A stretch of DNA of 64,000 bases from assembly GCA_051362555.1 (NCBI GenBank), contig CM120645.1, positions 8,184,001 to 8,248,000 on the forward strand. Reading direction: 5' to 3'. Source of the stretch: Lingula anatina. Its lineage: Eukaryota; Animalia; Brachiopoda. Shown one piece after another: positions 51,591 through 64,000 of the stretch. Numbering within the stretch: position 1 is the stretch's first letter; each line of letters starts with the position of its first letter. The notes under the pieces were generated by a model that searched no databases, had not been told where the DNA came from, and saw only the letters and a program-made list of their open reading frames with translations. The translations under genes and the position numbers were made by a program.

Positions 51591-53049
51591 AGTCGTGACA
51601 CCGTCTGCACCTGACATAGAGGCCCACAGCCTATTGGTACTAATTCAACACGGCAATGAGGTGCTATATTAAACACGATGTATACTGCCTGTAGCTTCAA
51701 CTATGCATGTCTTTGATATACACTTTTTTGGTAAGCTTGTCTCGCGGTGCTCCTTTTAATGAAATTGTTTTACCGTCTTGTAGCCGAGATGGTGATTAAG
51801 AACCGGGCCGACAGGTTTAGGGGTCCAGCGGGTTGCGTTCTCAGTGGGCGCGTTCAGACAGGAAGTTATACCAGGACCGATTTCGGCCCAGGTCTACATT
51901 CAGGTCGTAAAAATACAAAAATGACTGAGTCAATTTTACTTTGGATAAATCTGTGGTGGCAAACTTGTGCGGGGATAGTGGATCTATTTCACAAAATTAA
52001 GGGTAAAATGACTTTCGTTCTGGTCCTACAGTTGTTTTATTCTAGAACAAAACGTATATGCTACGTACTGCACTCTTTTAGTACAAAATGCAAATGTTTA
52101 GGCATAACTTTGTAATTACATTTATACTGCAGTTCGCAGGCCCTTGGGCAAGTGGGGTTCAAAAGAACCACCATTTTGGCCGGAAAGCTCCGCTCTGAAT
52201 CTAGATTAGATCTTGATTCTGTTCCGTATATCAGGTTGTAAAAAGAACCCCTATATTGCTGGCCACAGGTCTGATTCGCGACACCGTATGATAGCATATA
52301 AGCTACATTTTGGTCCGACACGTGCAATATCTTATTTTAAAAAATGTATATTACCCGTGCACGCATTGTTTATTTTTAGCAATGTAGATTGTCACAAAAT
52401 TTGCTGAAAGTCAGGTGAGACATGTAATGGACGAGGTCGCGACATGCGCCGTCTCATTACCTGGTGACAAACCGTAATTTCCCCTCCTTTACATGTATTG
52501 TGGCACCTTTAATAAACTTCCTCTCCGTCTAGTGCCTTATGTCCAGCTTGCTTGATTTGTTACCTTGTCTCCTAGTGTGAGGCAATAACACTAGAAGCGC
52601 TTTGACTAAGCGAAATATTTGAATAAGTATTCTGTTGTGTCTTTTGAGAGTACTCATTTTTTGCCATAAATCTTCTTTTCTGTCCTCCACCTCCCTTTGA
52701 AAACTTTCCGTATTTATCGCGTATAAGTTTGAGAAATCGTTTTTGCTCGTTTGCGAACAATTCTACGTATGTTCGATCCTGTAACCTCTGGAAAACCCCA
52801 TCACTCTTTCCTTCATTTGGAAATTGGTTATTAACTATACTTCACACCATATTGGCTGACGCCTCATACATAACCCATCCACTGTGAGAAAATGGGTGTT
52901 ATTATTGACACAGTGACGTCGATTGTGTTAGAGGAGTGAATACTGTTAACAAGCTAGCAATAGTCACGCGTGTGGGAAGAGAAATAACGTCATCAACTCC
53001 TCAATCGACCCAATAAAAGTAATAAAAATAATTATTATTTAAATGGAAA

Positions 53050-55501
53050 AATATTTAATTCATATGTGGCATATTCCATATACAGTTTAATTCATCTTAC
53101 AAAAATCAAAAATATTAATACCAAAAGAACAAAATAAAAATACTATAATAAAATGAGCATTAACAATAATAAAAAAAAAAAAACAAACTTTCGTATGCAA
53201 GTTTAAGGTGCCCAGATGAAAGCTTGCATCACATGGGTCAGTTTTAACGTAAAAGGCCTTTTGTAAAGCCAGATGAATTTTTTTTCCATATTTGCCAATG
53301 CCATGGAGAGCAGAACCAAGTTTTTTTCCAAGGAATGCTGACGTTCTAGTGCTTATATACCCCATAAAGCTGTACCAAGCTTTTTTCAAAAAGCCGTGCT
53401 GATGCACAATATAGGTTCCAGTACCATGGAAAGCTGAACCATGGGGTTTTCCAAGAGGGAGTCCTCGTGTAATGCCAAATACTAAGCTCTATCAAGGTTT
53501 GCTGATGTTCCATCACCAATGAAAATGTTACCAGGTTCCTCCAGATTGGAACACAGAACAGGTGTACCCATACCACTGAAAAACACACCCTTACTTTACA
53601 TCAGACCACAGAAATATATAATTAATGTAATCCGTAGTTGGAATTTATCATCTTTTGTAAGTTGAGAACTTCTTTTCCTCTTCTTCCAAGCATCTAAGAC
53701 TTGTCTGGAAATAGCTGATACTTGAGGCTGAAATAAAAAATAAAGCAAGATAAGAGGTTACCCAGCATAGAAAATCCTTTCATATGTTTGTAGGCTGCTC
53801 CAAGCTGACGCCAGCATACCCACTTTCCAGTGGCAGAATTCTGTTATAGAAATAGGTTGATTTACTTGTTTAATCCATACATTTGTTGCTGCTAAACAAA
53901 ATCATCCCTAAAATGCATCATGTATGCAATTCTGTTACATGACATCCAAGTAAAAATATAATAATAAATAAATAAAAAATTAACAAAAATAAAATAAAAT
54001 ATAAGGGGCATTAGGACACTTGTAGTATAAAATCGAGCAAGATTTTGCAGGATTTGAAAGATTACTGCAAAAGAAATAACGACAGAATAATGGTTCATTG
54101 TAAAGAATCTAGTGCAGTGCAGCAAAGAATAAAAGCTAACAGAATTTAACCACAAGTATTTTTTTGTTATTTTCTCTATGTTTCTGTTGATTCATGATCT
54201 TTTTAAATGTAACCTTTCTATTGTTTTCTAAGGAGACACTCCCACTGCACCAGTATAGAGTTTCATCTATCTCATGCAATATTCCTGTATATTTTCTAGT
54301 CTCATATAACATCACACAATAACAACAGCCTCATTTAAGGGTGTCTTGGATGTTTTAATTATCCATTAAATCAACTCAGACCATAAATGGTCTTATTTAA
54401 CTGTAATCAAGTGGGATTTCAATTTTCAAAATCATCTCAGGGGGTCGGTCCTATCTTGACATCTGGCGATGTCATTTAGACTGGTGCAAGTTAGTCTGGT
54501 TGTGAACAGGCCTTTGAAACCAACTCTTCTGGTGGTTCACAACAATAGAAAACTTTTTTTGCAATGTTTCAGTGATGATAATCACTTACTTTGGAAGTTG
54601 GAACATAAACTATTAACGGAACAGCTATTTTATTTTTGTCAAGAGAGCACCACACGTTCTTGCATTGGGAGATTATTTGGCATTAATTTTATATCATTTA
54701 CAGCACACACAGTACATAAATAAAGGCAGAACCATTGTTCAATCATAACTATATATTTGAAAACAACTCCCCTTGTGTTTAAATCATTATTAATGGAAAA
54801 CTTGTTTGACATTCACTTCAAAATCAATATTGTGACCACAAGCAATAACAGCAATGTATGGGGGTTGACAACTGTGCCATAGAGACCGTGTTTATTTTCA
54901 ATTATCACCCGTCATCTGATCCCAGTGGCATTTAGTTAAACAACAAATGTTGTCTTAAGATTCCTGGAAACAGGGAGTTACCGAGAAGACTCTGGATGCT
55001 TGGGTCCACAAAAACATGTTCATGTTCTCTAAAAATTTAAGTTAGGCCACGTTCATATTAATTTCATTTGCTATCAGTTTAAGAATCCTTTCCATGAGAT
55101 ATATGAAATGAAACCCCATATAGTGGCTTCCATTTAAAATCAAATCTCCTTTTATTGATTGACAGAGACAATTAACACATCCACAAATCAATGCTTATGT
55201 AGGCTTCTTCCAATTGTATACTAATACATTGCCAATGAAAAAGACTTTTATTGCTGCTTGAATGAAGTATACATGCATTTGTCAAATAAACAGGCTTATT
55301 TCCATTTTCCAAACAATAAAAGCAAATTGAATTAAATTTTAATGCTGGTTTATGGGGTATGTGAATTAAAGCAATATAAATATTTAAACATACAAAATTA
55401 TATTCTATGAAATGGGTATTGATCCATTTCTCATGATTTTCCCTTTACACTTTTGAATTAATCAAACATTGAAATAATACTATCTATCCTTTTTAAGAAA
55501 A

Positions 55502-55552
<51 letters not shown>

Positions 55553-56015
55553 GTGCTCATTCTAAACAGAATTATAAAAAAAATAACTATCTGTGGGTAA
55601 TATAAAAATGTATATACTAGTAAGTCTTTTTTTCTTGACCTGGTATAAATCCAAGTCAGTGTTCATAAATATTCTTTTCAATCTCATAATATCACTTCCA
55701 ATAAGATGTAGAAAAATTTATCCTTCAAATCTGCAGTCTCTGTTCAGAAACAGGTGGCGAATTATGAACAAAAGAAATTCCTTTTAATGAGAGCTGTATT
55801 CTGAGAATTATGACCCCCAGCAGGCAGAATCTCACCGAAGTAAAAATCATTTTTCTGCCTGCAGACAACCCCGACAATGCATTCTGAGAACCCTTTTTAT
55901 CTTTTATTCAGTATGATTTGACAACAGAAGTGAGGTGCATGTGCACCAATACAGTGCTATACTTATTGATGCTATACCAATCTATTAACACATAAGGATC
56001 ATTATTGGACGTGTG

Positions 56016-56073
<58 letters not shown>

Positions 56074-59000
56074 AGAGAGAGAGAGATAAAAATTAACTGC
56101 ATCTCCATCACCAAACAGAGATATTATCCTTCAAAATTTGTCATCCATAACCTAGGTCAATTAAGTGTCAAGTCTACCAATTATAATTAACCAAAGCACA
56201 CCAAATATGACTCATGCATACATTCATATCTGAACACACAGCAATAACAAAAGCATGTTCCTCAGAACAGATGGGAATGCATTATATGCTACATATTCAT
56301 AATGTGACGGATTCATCCATGCGAAACCACTCAATATATAGATCAAAAGCGCAGTTATTACATGTATGCTCTCTGTTCTTTTTCTTCTGAGACACGCTTT
56401 AAGTACTAAAAGAATGAGAGTAATTTGAATCATAGAGGCTGTCAGTGTTGCTTGCAGTTAACAAAACATTCAGATCTACTGATAAGTATGTTAAGATGTT
56501 AACAATACAGAAACCAAAGAAAATCAGTAGACTAAAGTGTGCTAATTGTACACAAACATGAGGGCTGCATAAACCCAACATTAATTGGAGGCAACAAAAG
56601 GGGGGGGGGGGAGAGCGGCAGCATTGGGAAACAAAAATGCTGGGTTTCATAAGAATTTAAATATTAACACCTCAAATATCTGTGGGTTGTCAGCACATCT
56701 CAGCCACCCACGAGTTGCGTAGGTTCTTTCACGAATTTCTTTTTCCTATGAAATCAACATGAAATATACACGATGACTCATCTTCTCTCAAAGACCTGCT
56801 AGTCTCATAATCAATTTCACTCAGTCAATGTGGATATATTTACATGTATGTGGATGGGATATTCATTACAAGAGAAAATTCACCAAAAATTCAGCAAGTT
56901 CTTCAGAAGGCATAATTGTTCCAGGGCCATTTGACGAGTCATTCAACGCACAACGTGACAGTATGTTGATAAGGAATACACATATTCTGCAAGAGAATAC
57001 AATGTACAGAGAATACTAGTAAATACATGGAAGCATCATGTATGTACATGCAATCTACATACACTGGGCAATCATTGGTGTGAGAACGAGTTAAAACATC
57101 AACTGTTGATGGTGACAATATTTCAGATTTATTTCACACGTGGGCAGATCTGCATTTGCAGATGGGAGCCAGAATTTCCTAGAAAAACTGCTTCATGAGT
57201 CGGTTGTCTTTTGTACAGGTGGTTGCCTTGAAGGTCAGGATGAGTAATGGTCATATGGGGTTAGCAACAATACCACCAACTTACTTATCACGTACCTAGA
57301 CAATGCTGCTATCTCCTACGTCTTGGATAATGTCGTGTTTGAAGCACTACGGAGCCAATATGTGTCAGAGGCCTTCTCCACAGCAGACGGAGGCCGTGAT
57401 ATCAATGTCGTCCAGCTGCAGTGACGTCAAGAGCACGCGTAAATCTGCAAGGGAAAGTGTAAAGGTAACCAGAAACTTTAAAACTGAATAAGTACTTTTA
57501 TGTATATATTACAATTATCTTTTGTATTTGTCCAACTAGTACATGGAAAAAGTATGCTTCTTTTTTAATAGTAGTTTCTTGTCTACTGTATAAAAAAAAA
57601 AGAACTAAATGCAAACACAAAATAGAATGCATTAAACTGATTGACTTAGTTCCATGGCTTCAAAGATCACAACTGAGCATTTAATGTATTAAAATGAAAC
57701 CTTTAAGTTAAATGAAACAAAAACTGGTTTGAGAGCTTGAGTAGTAATACATGTATGGGTTTCCCCACAAAATACCAGTAAATGTACTACATGTAGTAAG
57801 AACCTTGACCGTTCTTGTAAAATATGATAAATGTGAATACACACATTTTCCTTGTATTACCTCATGAACAAGTATATACTATATGTTAGCATTGTGCTGA
57901 TTGTATAATAATTCACTTTCCATTAATTTTTTTTTATTATTATATCTTTTTTTATTCCCTTTTCTGATTACTTGCAATCTCTTTAACAACTTCCTTTAGT
58001 TATTTACAATTGCCAAATATTTCACTTACTGGTCCCTTGTTTCTCAGATGCAATATATTTCCATCAATTTCTAATGATGCCAGCATCCATACTATAGGTT
58101 TACCAGCTATATGTAGTGCAAGAAATAATTTATTGTTTCTTCTGATTACATCTTTTGTCTTCATCAAAAAGACTGCTGACAGCCACTTAATTCATACACA
58201 AAGAAAATAAATTGATTTGCCACTTAAACTGAGCAAATTTTTGTCTCACAGGCCAGCAATCTTAACCACTCAGAGACCTAAAAGGACTATAATCACTCCT
58301 AGACAAGAATATTTTTTATTACGCGTTGTTTCATAACCATGTTCAATTTTCTGATCAATTCTTTTATAATGGGCCTTCAATCAGTAATACAGATTCATAC
58401 CGGTAATTTTAGAATCATTATAAATAGACTTCTGTGAAGCATTTGTGGTACAGTTTGCTGTACAGAGTAGAACAATACTATTTGGTAGCCTGCTTTTCAG
58501 TTTTGTTGTTTTCCACTCAATAGGAATGTTTTTATTTATGAATTTAGAAAAGTACAGGGTCTGTATAAAATTCACAATTTCCCCATTGAAAAGAATGAGC
58601 CATCAAGCAGATCTAGATCTATATTTCAAAAGCATTCACCGGTCTAATTTTGCACTTACATGTATGTGTGGTTACAACAAAATTTAGACTTAATTTTATT
58701 ATATTGATCTCACTGCTTCAGTACAATGCCTGCCTTGTTTACACATAATGATCCCGTTCTGATGGCCAGTCTTTTTCTCTATAAGCTTAATTGATTCTCT
58801 ACCTTCCAATATTTACATTTTTCTCATCCTAAATTTCTGCCGCATTCACTGAAACATGGGCATATACCGTACACATAAGCAAAAACACTCGCACGTATAA
58901 CTGCCTACATACATGTACTTATTAGTACATACTACACGCATGCATACAAATATACACACATACAACACAATTAACAACACTGAATAGAATCCTTTCAACT

Positions 59001-59598
59001 GTGCTATGTCCACATAAAGTTATTTTCAGATCCAAAAAAAATCAATGCTGCATGATAACTTTGCAATTTGCCAGCATGGATTCTATTTAAACAAATGTAT
59101 TGGAATGAACTGTGCTAATAATATTAGCACAGTCCATTTTATTCATTTCATAATATAATTTAAGTAGAAAGCAAGTCAGGCATGCAATTCTGTAATAAAC
59201 TGATATTCTGAAATAAGCAGAGCAGGAAATTATCAGCACTTTTTATGTCTGGTTTACATGCTTACTTCAAGTTTGAGAATAACAAACTTTAAGGTACCAT
59301 AGCTATAAATAATGAGTTACTTGATACACAATCATATTTAATAAAAAGGTTTGATTAACATATAAGTACAGTACTAGTACATGTACACAACAGCCTCATC
59401 ACTAAAACGAGTATATTGTTCTTAATTTAAACCAAGGTTTGGGAGTGTGATAATAAGTCTGATCAACCTAGCTGAAAAAAATTTGGTGTAACATATGATT
59501 GTATTCATTTATAAATAAACACACACATAAATGTATAAAATTGATAGATAAGCAAACAATTAAACAAATGAAAAAAATATACATTTGTTGAAGGCCAC

Positions 59599-59643
<45 letters not shown>

Positions 59644-59783
59644 TGTATCATAATGATAAAAGATAACTTGCAAACCCTAAAAGAGATTTAAAAGATAATA
59701 TAAATGTCATTCTTGCCTAAAAATTATTAGATCAATTTGGACATGATATTAATGACTTTAGAAATGTGAATAACAAACAAATA

Positions 59784-59822
<39 letters not shown>

Positions 59823-60800
59823 AACACTTTGAATACACTCTTTCAATTTCAAATATCTAAATTCAGTATACATGTACATGTACTGGTACAACTACTATAC
59901 GTACAGTAGTACCACATTCAATCACGTGTAACTTTACTAAAAGGCAATTATATGGGAAAAGTTTACTGGTAATTGGTATCTGGAGTGTGTCACAGAGACA
60001 CACAATAGAGAGAAAAAATCTTGTTTACACTATTTACTATTAGTACATACACGTACATCACATCGCCAGGGTGTGATGACGTACGAGGGAAAGGTTAATG
60101 ATACAGTCCCCATGATGCACATTGGCTTTGCCCAGAGACCCATCTTGCTATCCAGTCCCATATTTCCACAGACAGCTGGATGGTTAACAAAATATTTGGG
60201 TTGGTTTGCTGGGTTTGCCTGGGTGGCACTGGTAGTATCCCTGTAAATCAATGACCAAATTACAAAATCACATTATGAACTCCCTGTATTTGGTATGCAC
60301 ATTATGAATAATTTGTAAACGCTTACGCCACCAAATATAAATATGTATTCATTTTGCATTTAACAAACTGAGCTAACCGAACTTTTGGTCAAATACAGTA
60401 CCAAGTAAAGCGTGAATCCTTGGTATTGCACGAAACGGTTTATACGGTACCTCTGACACATTTCCAAGTTCCATAGATCACTTTCACTTTCATCGACAGG
60501 GGATGGGGGGGGGGGGGAATCTTTGCTAACGCCCCTTCGGTTGAGAAGCTACTCGTTCAGTGATAAATGAAATGTAATTAAGACCATTTGTGAACTTGAT
60601 ATTCATTTACCTTGGAGTGTACTTCGACGTAAGCTCTCATATCTATTCAATTTTACCGCATTTATGATGTGGTTCCTTTGGATAGTCCCGCAGATGTCTT
60701 AAATAGTATCAGAATCTAATCACATTTTAATAAATTGATCTTGTTGTTAATTTATAAATATAATTTAATTTTTTGGCTGCTTATTTATGTTTAGATATCT
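53050..60800 (-). ncRNA. Candidate spliced long noncoding (or micro-ORF) transcript divergent from the CTTNBP2NL-like gene
   Basis: Minus-strand exon-like blocks bounded by polypyrimidine-AG and/or GT donors (donor at 60610; 60240-60057; ~59468; 58848-58803; donor at 58029; 57444-57296; acceptor 53727). Some have stops in all three frames, and no long spliced ORF was found. Confidence 0.3.
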
Positions 60801-60854
60801 TACTGAATATATATACCATAAAGATATTTCTTTAATAATACCGCACTTCAATTA

Positions 60855-60868
60855 AGGTCACGTGACCT
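60855..60868. promoter_or_regulatory. Palindromic E-box/CLEAR element in the promoter region
   Basis: AGGTCACGTGACCT contains GTCACGTGAC (MiT/TFE or USF site) ~200 bp upstream of ATG 61071; a YY1-like AAAATGGCG overlaps that ATG. Confidence 0.5.
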
Positions 60869-61070
60869 CTCTGGATCTATTTCGGCTTAGCAAGGGCACT
60901 AGTTGGTTCGTTGTTGTTTTACATAGCTAAGATGAGACTTAAGCGGTGCAAATACTGTGTATATGAGTAGGAGAGATGAGTATAGATTGATAAACATCGC
61001 TTGTATTATGTGCCGATCTTTTTGATCGCAGCAAACAAGGATTGAAATAGCATATTCGATTCTTTTCAAA

Positions 61071-62592
61071 ATGGCGTCGAGAAATGTCAAAAATCCCAGC
61101 TCGGCATCAGGGCATGGGACTTCCTACGAGTCGGTCGGGAAATTGCCATCAAATACGCTAAAGGTAGGAAAAAGATATAAATGGGCACTGTGGGAGTAAA
61201 GAAGAGTTGGCGTAGTTTAACTTCCTTGTTTAGGTTTGATGCTCATTGAAGCATGTGTTGTTTATGTCGACTTCCCTTAAAGTCAAAAATTAAATACAGT
61301 TTGTGGATAATCATGCGAAGTCAACATTATAGACAAGATCGACTCACATTGTCCATATGTACACTTTCTTATGTGAGTTGAACAAATAATTTGCTATACT
61401 ATTACTTACACAATATTCCCGTTCTGTGTACACGAGGGAACCATGTGTAAATTTAAATGTCGTCCATGTATTTTGTTATGACTGACCTGAAGGATGACCA
61501 GTGCTTAATTATGTCTGAGCTGAGACAGAAGAAAAACCTGTTTCATCTGAAAATTTTCTAAATTCATTGAAATGTATTGATAAGATTTGTCTTGAGTGTG
61601 AGTGTTCCAGAGGTGGAAGGGTTGGGGGGGGATGGAGAGGGAGGGGAGGAGTTCATCTGACCAAACAGGGTTGTATTGCTTTGTAACTTTGCCAAGTCAT
61701 TGTCTTCAGAACAGTACACATCACACATAATCATTACATACAATCATAGACTGTTTTCCTATGGATCTTAACACCTATTTATCTGTTTTATTATTTATGC
61801 AAGAAAAACCTAATGCAAATCAATATATAATTTTTGAGCATGGTTCAATTTATTATTAAACAGTTAACCTGTTTTAGAGTGTGATCTGTGATGTTTTAAA
61901 TACCTTTTATAAACTTATATAATAATTGAAAAGATATTTATTATTATTATGGGAATATGGTCTGCTTGTGTCAAAAAACCTGAAGCTACTGGCTCTTTAG
62001 GCTATCAGGATCTAAAAGTTGTAGTGTTATAGTTGTAGTATTAACTTTTTTCACTAGCCCACTGCTTCGGGCTAGTGCCTATCAGCACAGACTGATAATA
62101 ACAGTGATATCATATATTATAAAATACAAAGGATGCTGGGCACAGAAAACTCAAATGCAGCACATGTGGTATGTGAAGTATTGTGCAAGCTGTTACAGTC
62201 TGTGTATCTTCTACTGTTATCAGTGACATTATTGCAGTTAAGATGACCTATGAGTTTCAACAGCTGGAGCTTGGATAATATCAGCTCTATTCTGTACGAA
62301 GAAATGTTTGTTTTTTTTCTTTTTTTATATCATTTATTTCAGCAAAAAGGGCTGTGTTTAGCCATGTTGCACAATGCGCGGACATTTTTAGTTAAGATAC
62401 ATTTTATGAGCAATGTGTATGAAAAAAAAATGAAGTACAGCAGGATTTACTGAAAATTTACTTTACTCTCTATGCATGCCAGGAAATATCAGATGTCACA
62501 TTATATTCTTCATTCCTATCACAGCTTGAAGATTTAATGAATTCACCAAACCTAATCCATAAAGTGATAATAAATATTTGGGTGTTTTAAAT

Positions 62593-62623
<31 letters not shown>

Positions 62624-62878
62624 AGGTGTAATTTTTAAGCATATCTGAGAACGTAGGTCAAGCAAGAACTTGTAGAAGTAAATACTTTGTTGTTGATTTT
62701 TGATTTGAATCTTTTATCATTTTCCAGTTTGTGGTTTTATACCAGTAATTATAAATTGAGACTTTTATTATTACAGAGGCATCCCAAAATGGACTTAAAT
62801 AAAAACGACATGCTGCGCCTTCTTAGTTACTTGGAGGGGGAGTTACAAGCCAGGGATGTTGTCATAGCAACCATGAAG
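61071..62878 (+). CDS. CTTNBP2NL: CTTNBP2 N-terminal-like (CortBP2 domain) protein, first two coding exons; gene continues beyond the window
   Basis: Exon 61071-61163 (MASRNVKNPSS..NTLK) splices in phase 0 to 62777-62878 (RHPKMDLNKNDMLRLLSYLEGELQARDVVIATMK), the LxxLEGELxARDxVI signature of the CTTNBP2/CTTNBP2NL/FILIP1 family. Confidence 0.8.
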
Positions 62879-63220
62879 GTGAGTTAACATTCTTTAAGAT
62901 GAGTGAAAGAAGACTAGGCTTGGAACAGGAAGACTGCTATAGTGTTTGATCTTTACTAAAGATTTAATTTGAAGTGCTGTATCCGGCTGTATTTTGGGAT
63001 GAAGAAGAGATTGATAACTTATTTTAGGTTTCACTCGAGGCAACTTTTGTGCATTGTCAAAAAATAGGACAGGATGTGAGGGTTGTTATTTTGGGATGAT
63101 TCATTTCAGTTTTCAACCCTTAACAAAGAAAAGATAGGAGTACTTCAAGGACAGGTTTTCACTTCTATATAACTTGATTGAAAAATAAGAATTAGGGGTC
63201 ATGTGCACCCTCTTCCTTTT

Positions 63221-63289
<69 letters not shown>

Positions 63290-64000
63290 CAAGCAGTGTT
63301 TACGAATCACTACAAACATTTCCAAGTGAACTCAGTTGCAGTTTTGGTAATATACCAACCCTGGCATGCAGACAAACTCCAGGTCATGGACCAGCTTTCA
63401 TAATGACTATTGAATTTGATACACAGACAGAGAGTGTGAGGAACATCAATACTGTTGTCTGCTGTTTCCCAGACACAGGCCAGAGAGAGTGATTCATAGG
63501 CAATCAAGCCAGTATTCTACAGTCATTTCCTGTGCTGTTGTTGTCTAGATCTTGGTTAATGATTATCATGTTAAAACTATTTAGTTATGTATGTATTTTT
63601 GGTCGAAAAATTACCATTTTCGCTTTAAGTGTTGAACCCGTGCATTATTTGTAGGAATAGCTTGGTGTAAAATGGTAATAGTGTCGATTGAAATTCACCT
63701 GATAAACATGTTTGACTGTCAATAATACATATTAATAGTCTATTCTAGCGTAAAGATAAGTTGTTCTTCAGATATGTATCTTTTTTATCCTTCCAGTGCA
63801 GACTTATTTTATTGTAAATAGTTCATTGTGAACAGCAGGAAAGTAGACCATAATGTGTATGACATTTTAGTATGGCTTTTAGTAGGTCTTTTTAGTGAAG
63901 ATCTTTGGAGATGAGGTTGACTTTTTATCAGTGAAACACAATGCACCCTGGAATGTCCTTTTAGAAAGCAACACAAAAGTGACACCCCAAACCTGAATTT

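Noticed and set aside
56253-56322. Possible box C/D snoRNA on the minus strand (GGATGA..CTGA flanked by GCATG/CATGC)
   Set aside because: Box C is imperfect, box-to-stem spacing is wrong for a kink-turn, and I could not identify a convincing rRNA guide.
54380-57290. Possible H/ACA snoRNAs (hairpin followed by ANANNA at ~54500 and ~57220)
   Set aside because: No correctly placed terminal ACA box after a second hairpin.
57296-57444. Exon-like block with in-frame TGA (selenoprotein or antizyme-type frameshift?)
   Set aside because: The frames also contain TAG stops or lack homology, there is no TCC-TGA antizyme site, and no credible SECIS was found.

Overview
AT-rich, intron-containing animal genomic DNA, probably from an invertebrate (possibly a lophotrochozoan); exons below were spliced by hand. 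In order: (1) the 3' two-thirds of a cation-independent mannose-6-phosphate receptor (IGF2R/CI-MPR orthologue; 29 exons, MRH domains ~6-15, TM and sorting tail), with a LINE fragment and minisatellites in its introns; (2) an intronless 849-aa chimera with a SWAP70/DEF6 N-terminus and PH domain, four EF-hands and a C-terminal AllA/ureidoglycolate-lyase-like cupin, which is the most novel element; (3) an intronless LRR transmembrane receptor with no TIR domain and a tail rich in tyrosine motifs; (4) a 3-exon somatomedin-B protein with a GPI-like tail; (5) a 190-aa unknown CaaX protein; (6) an 8-exon Mu-class glutathione S-transferase with an acidic C-terminal extension, whose third intron holds (7) a complete 10-exon non-RD protein kinase gene on the opposite strand; (8) a possible spliced noncoding transcript divergent from (9) the first two exons of a CTTNBP2/CTTNBP2NL-like gene. 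Family assignments come from recalled motifs, not database searches.
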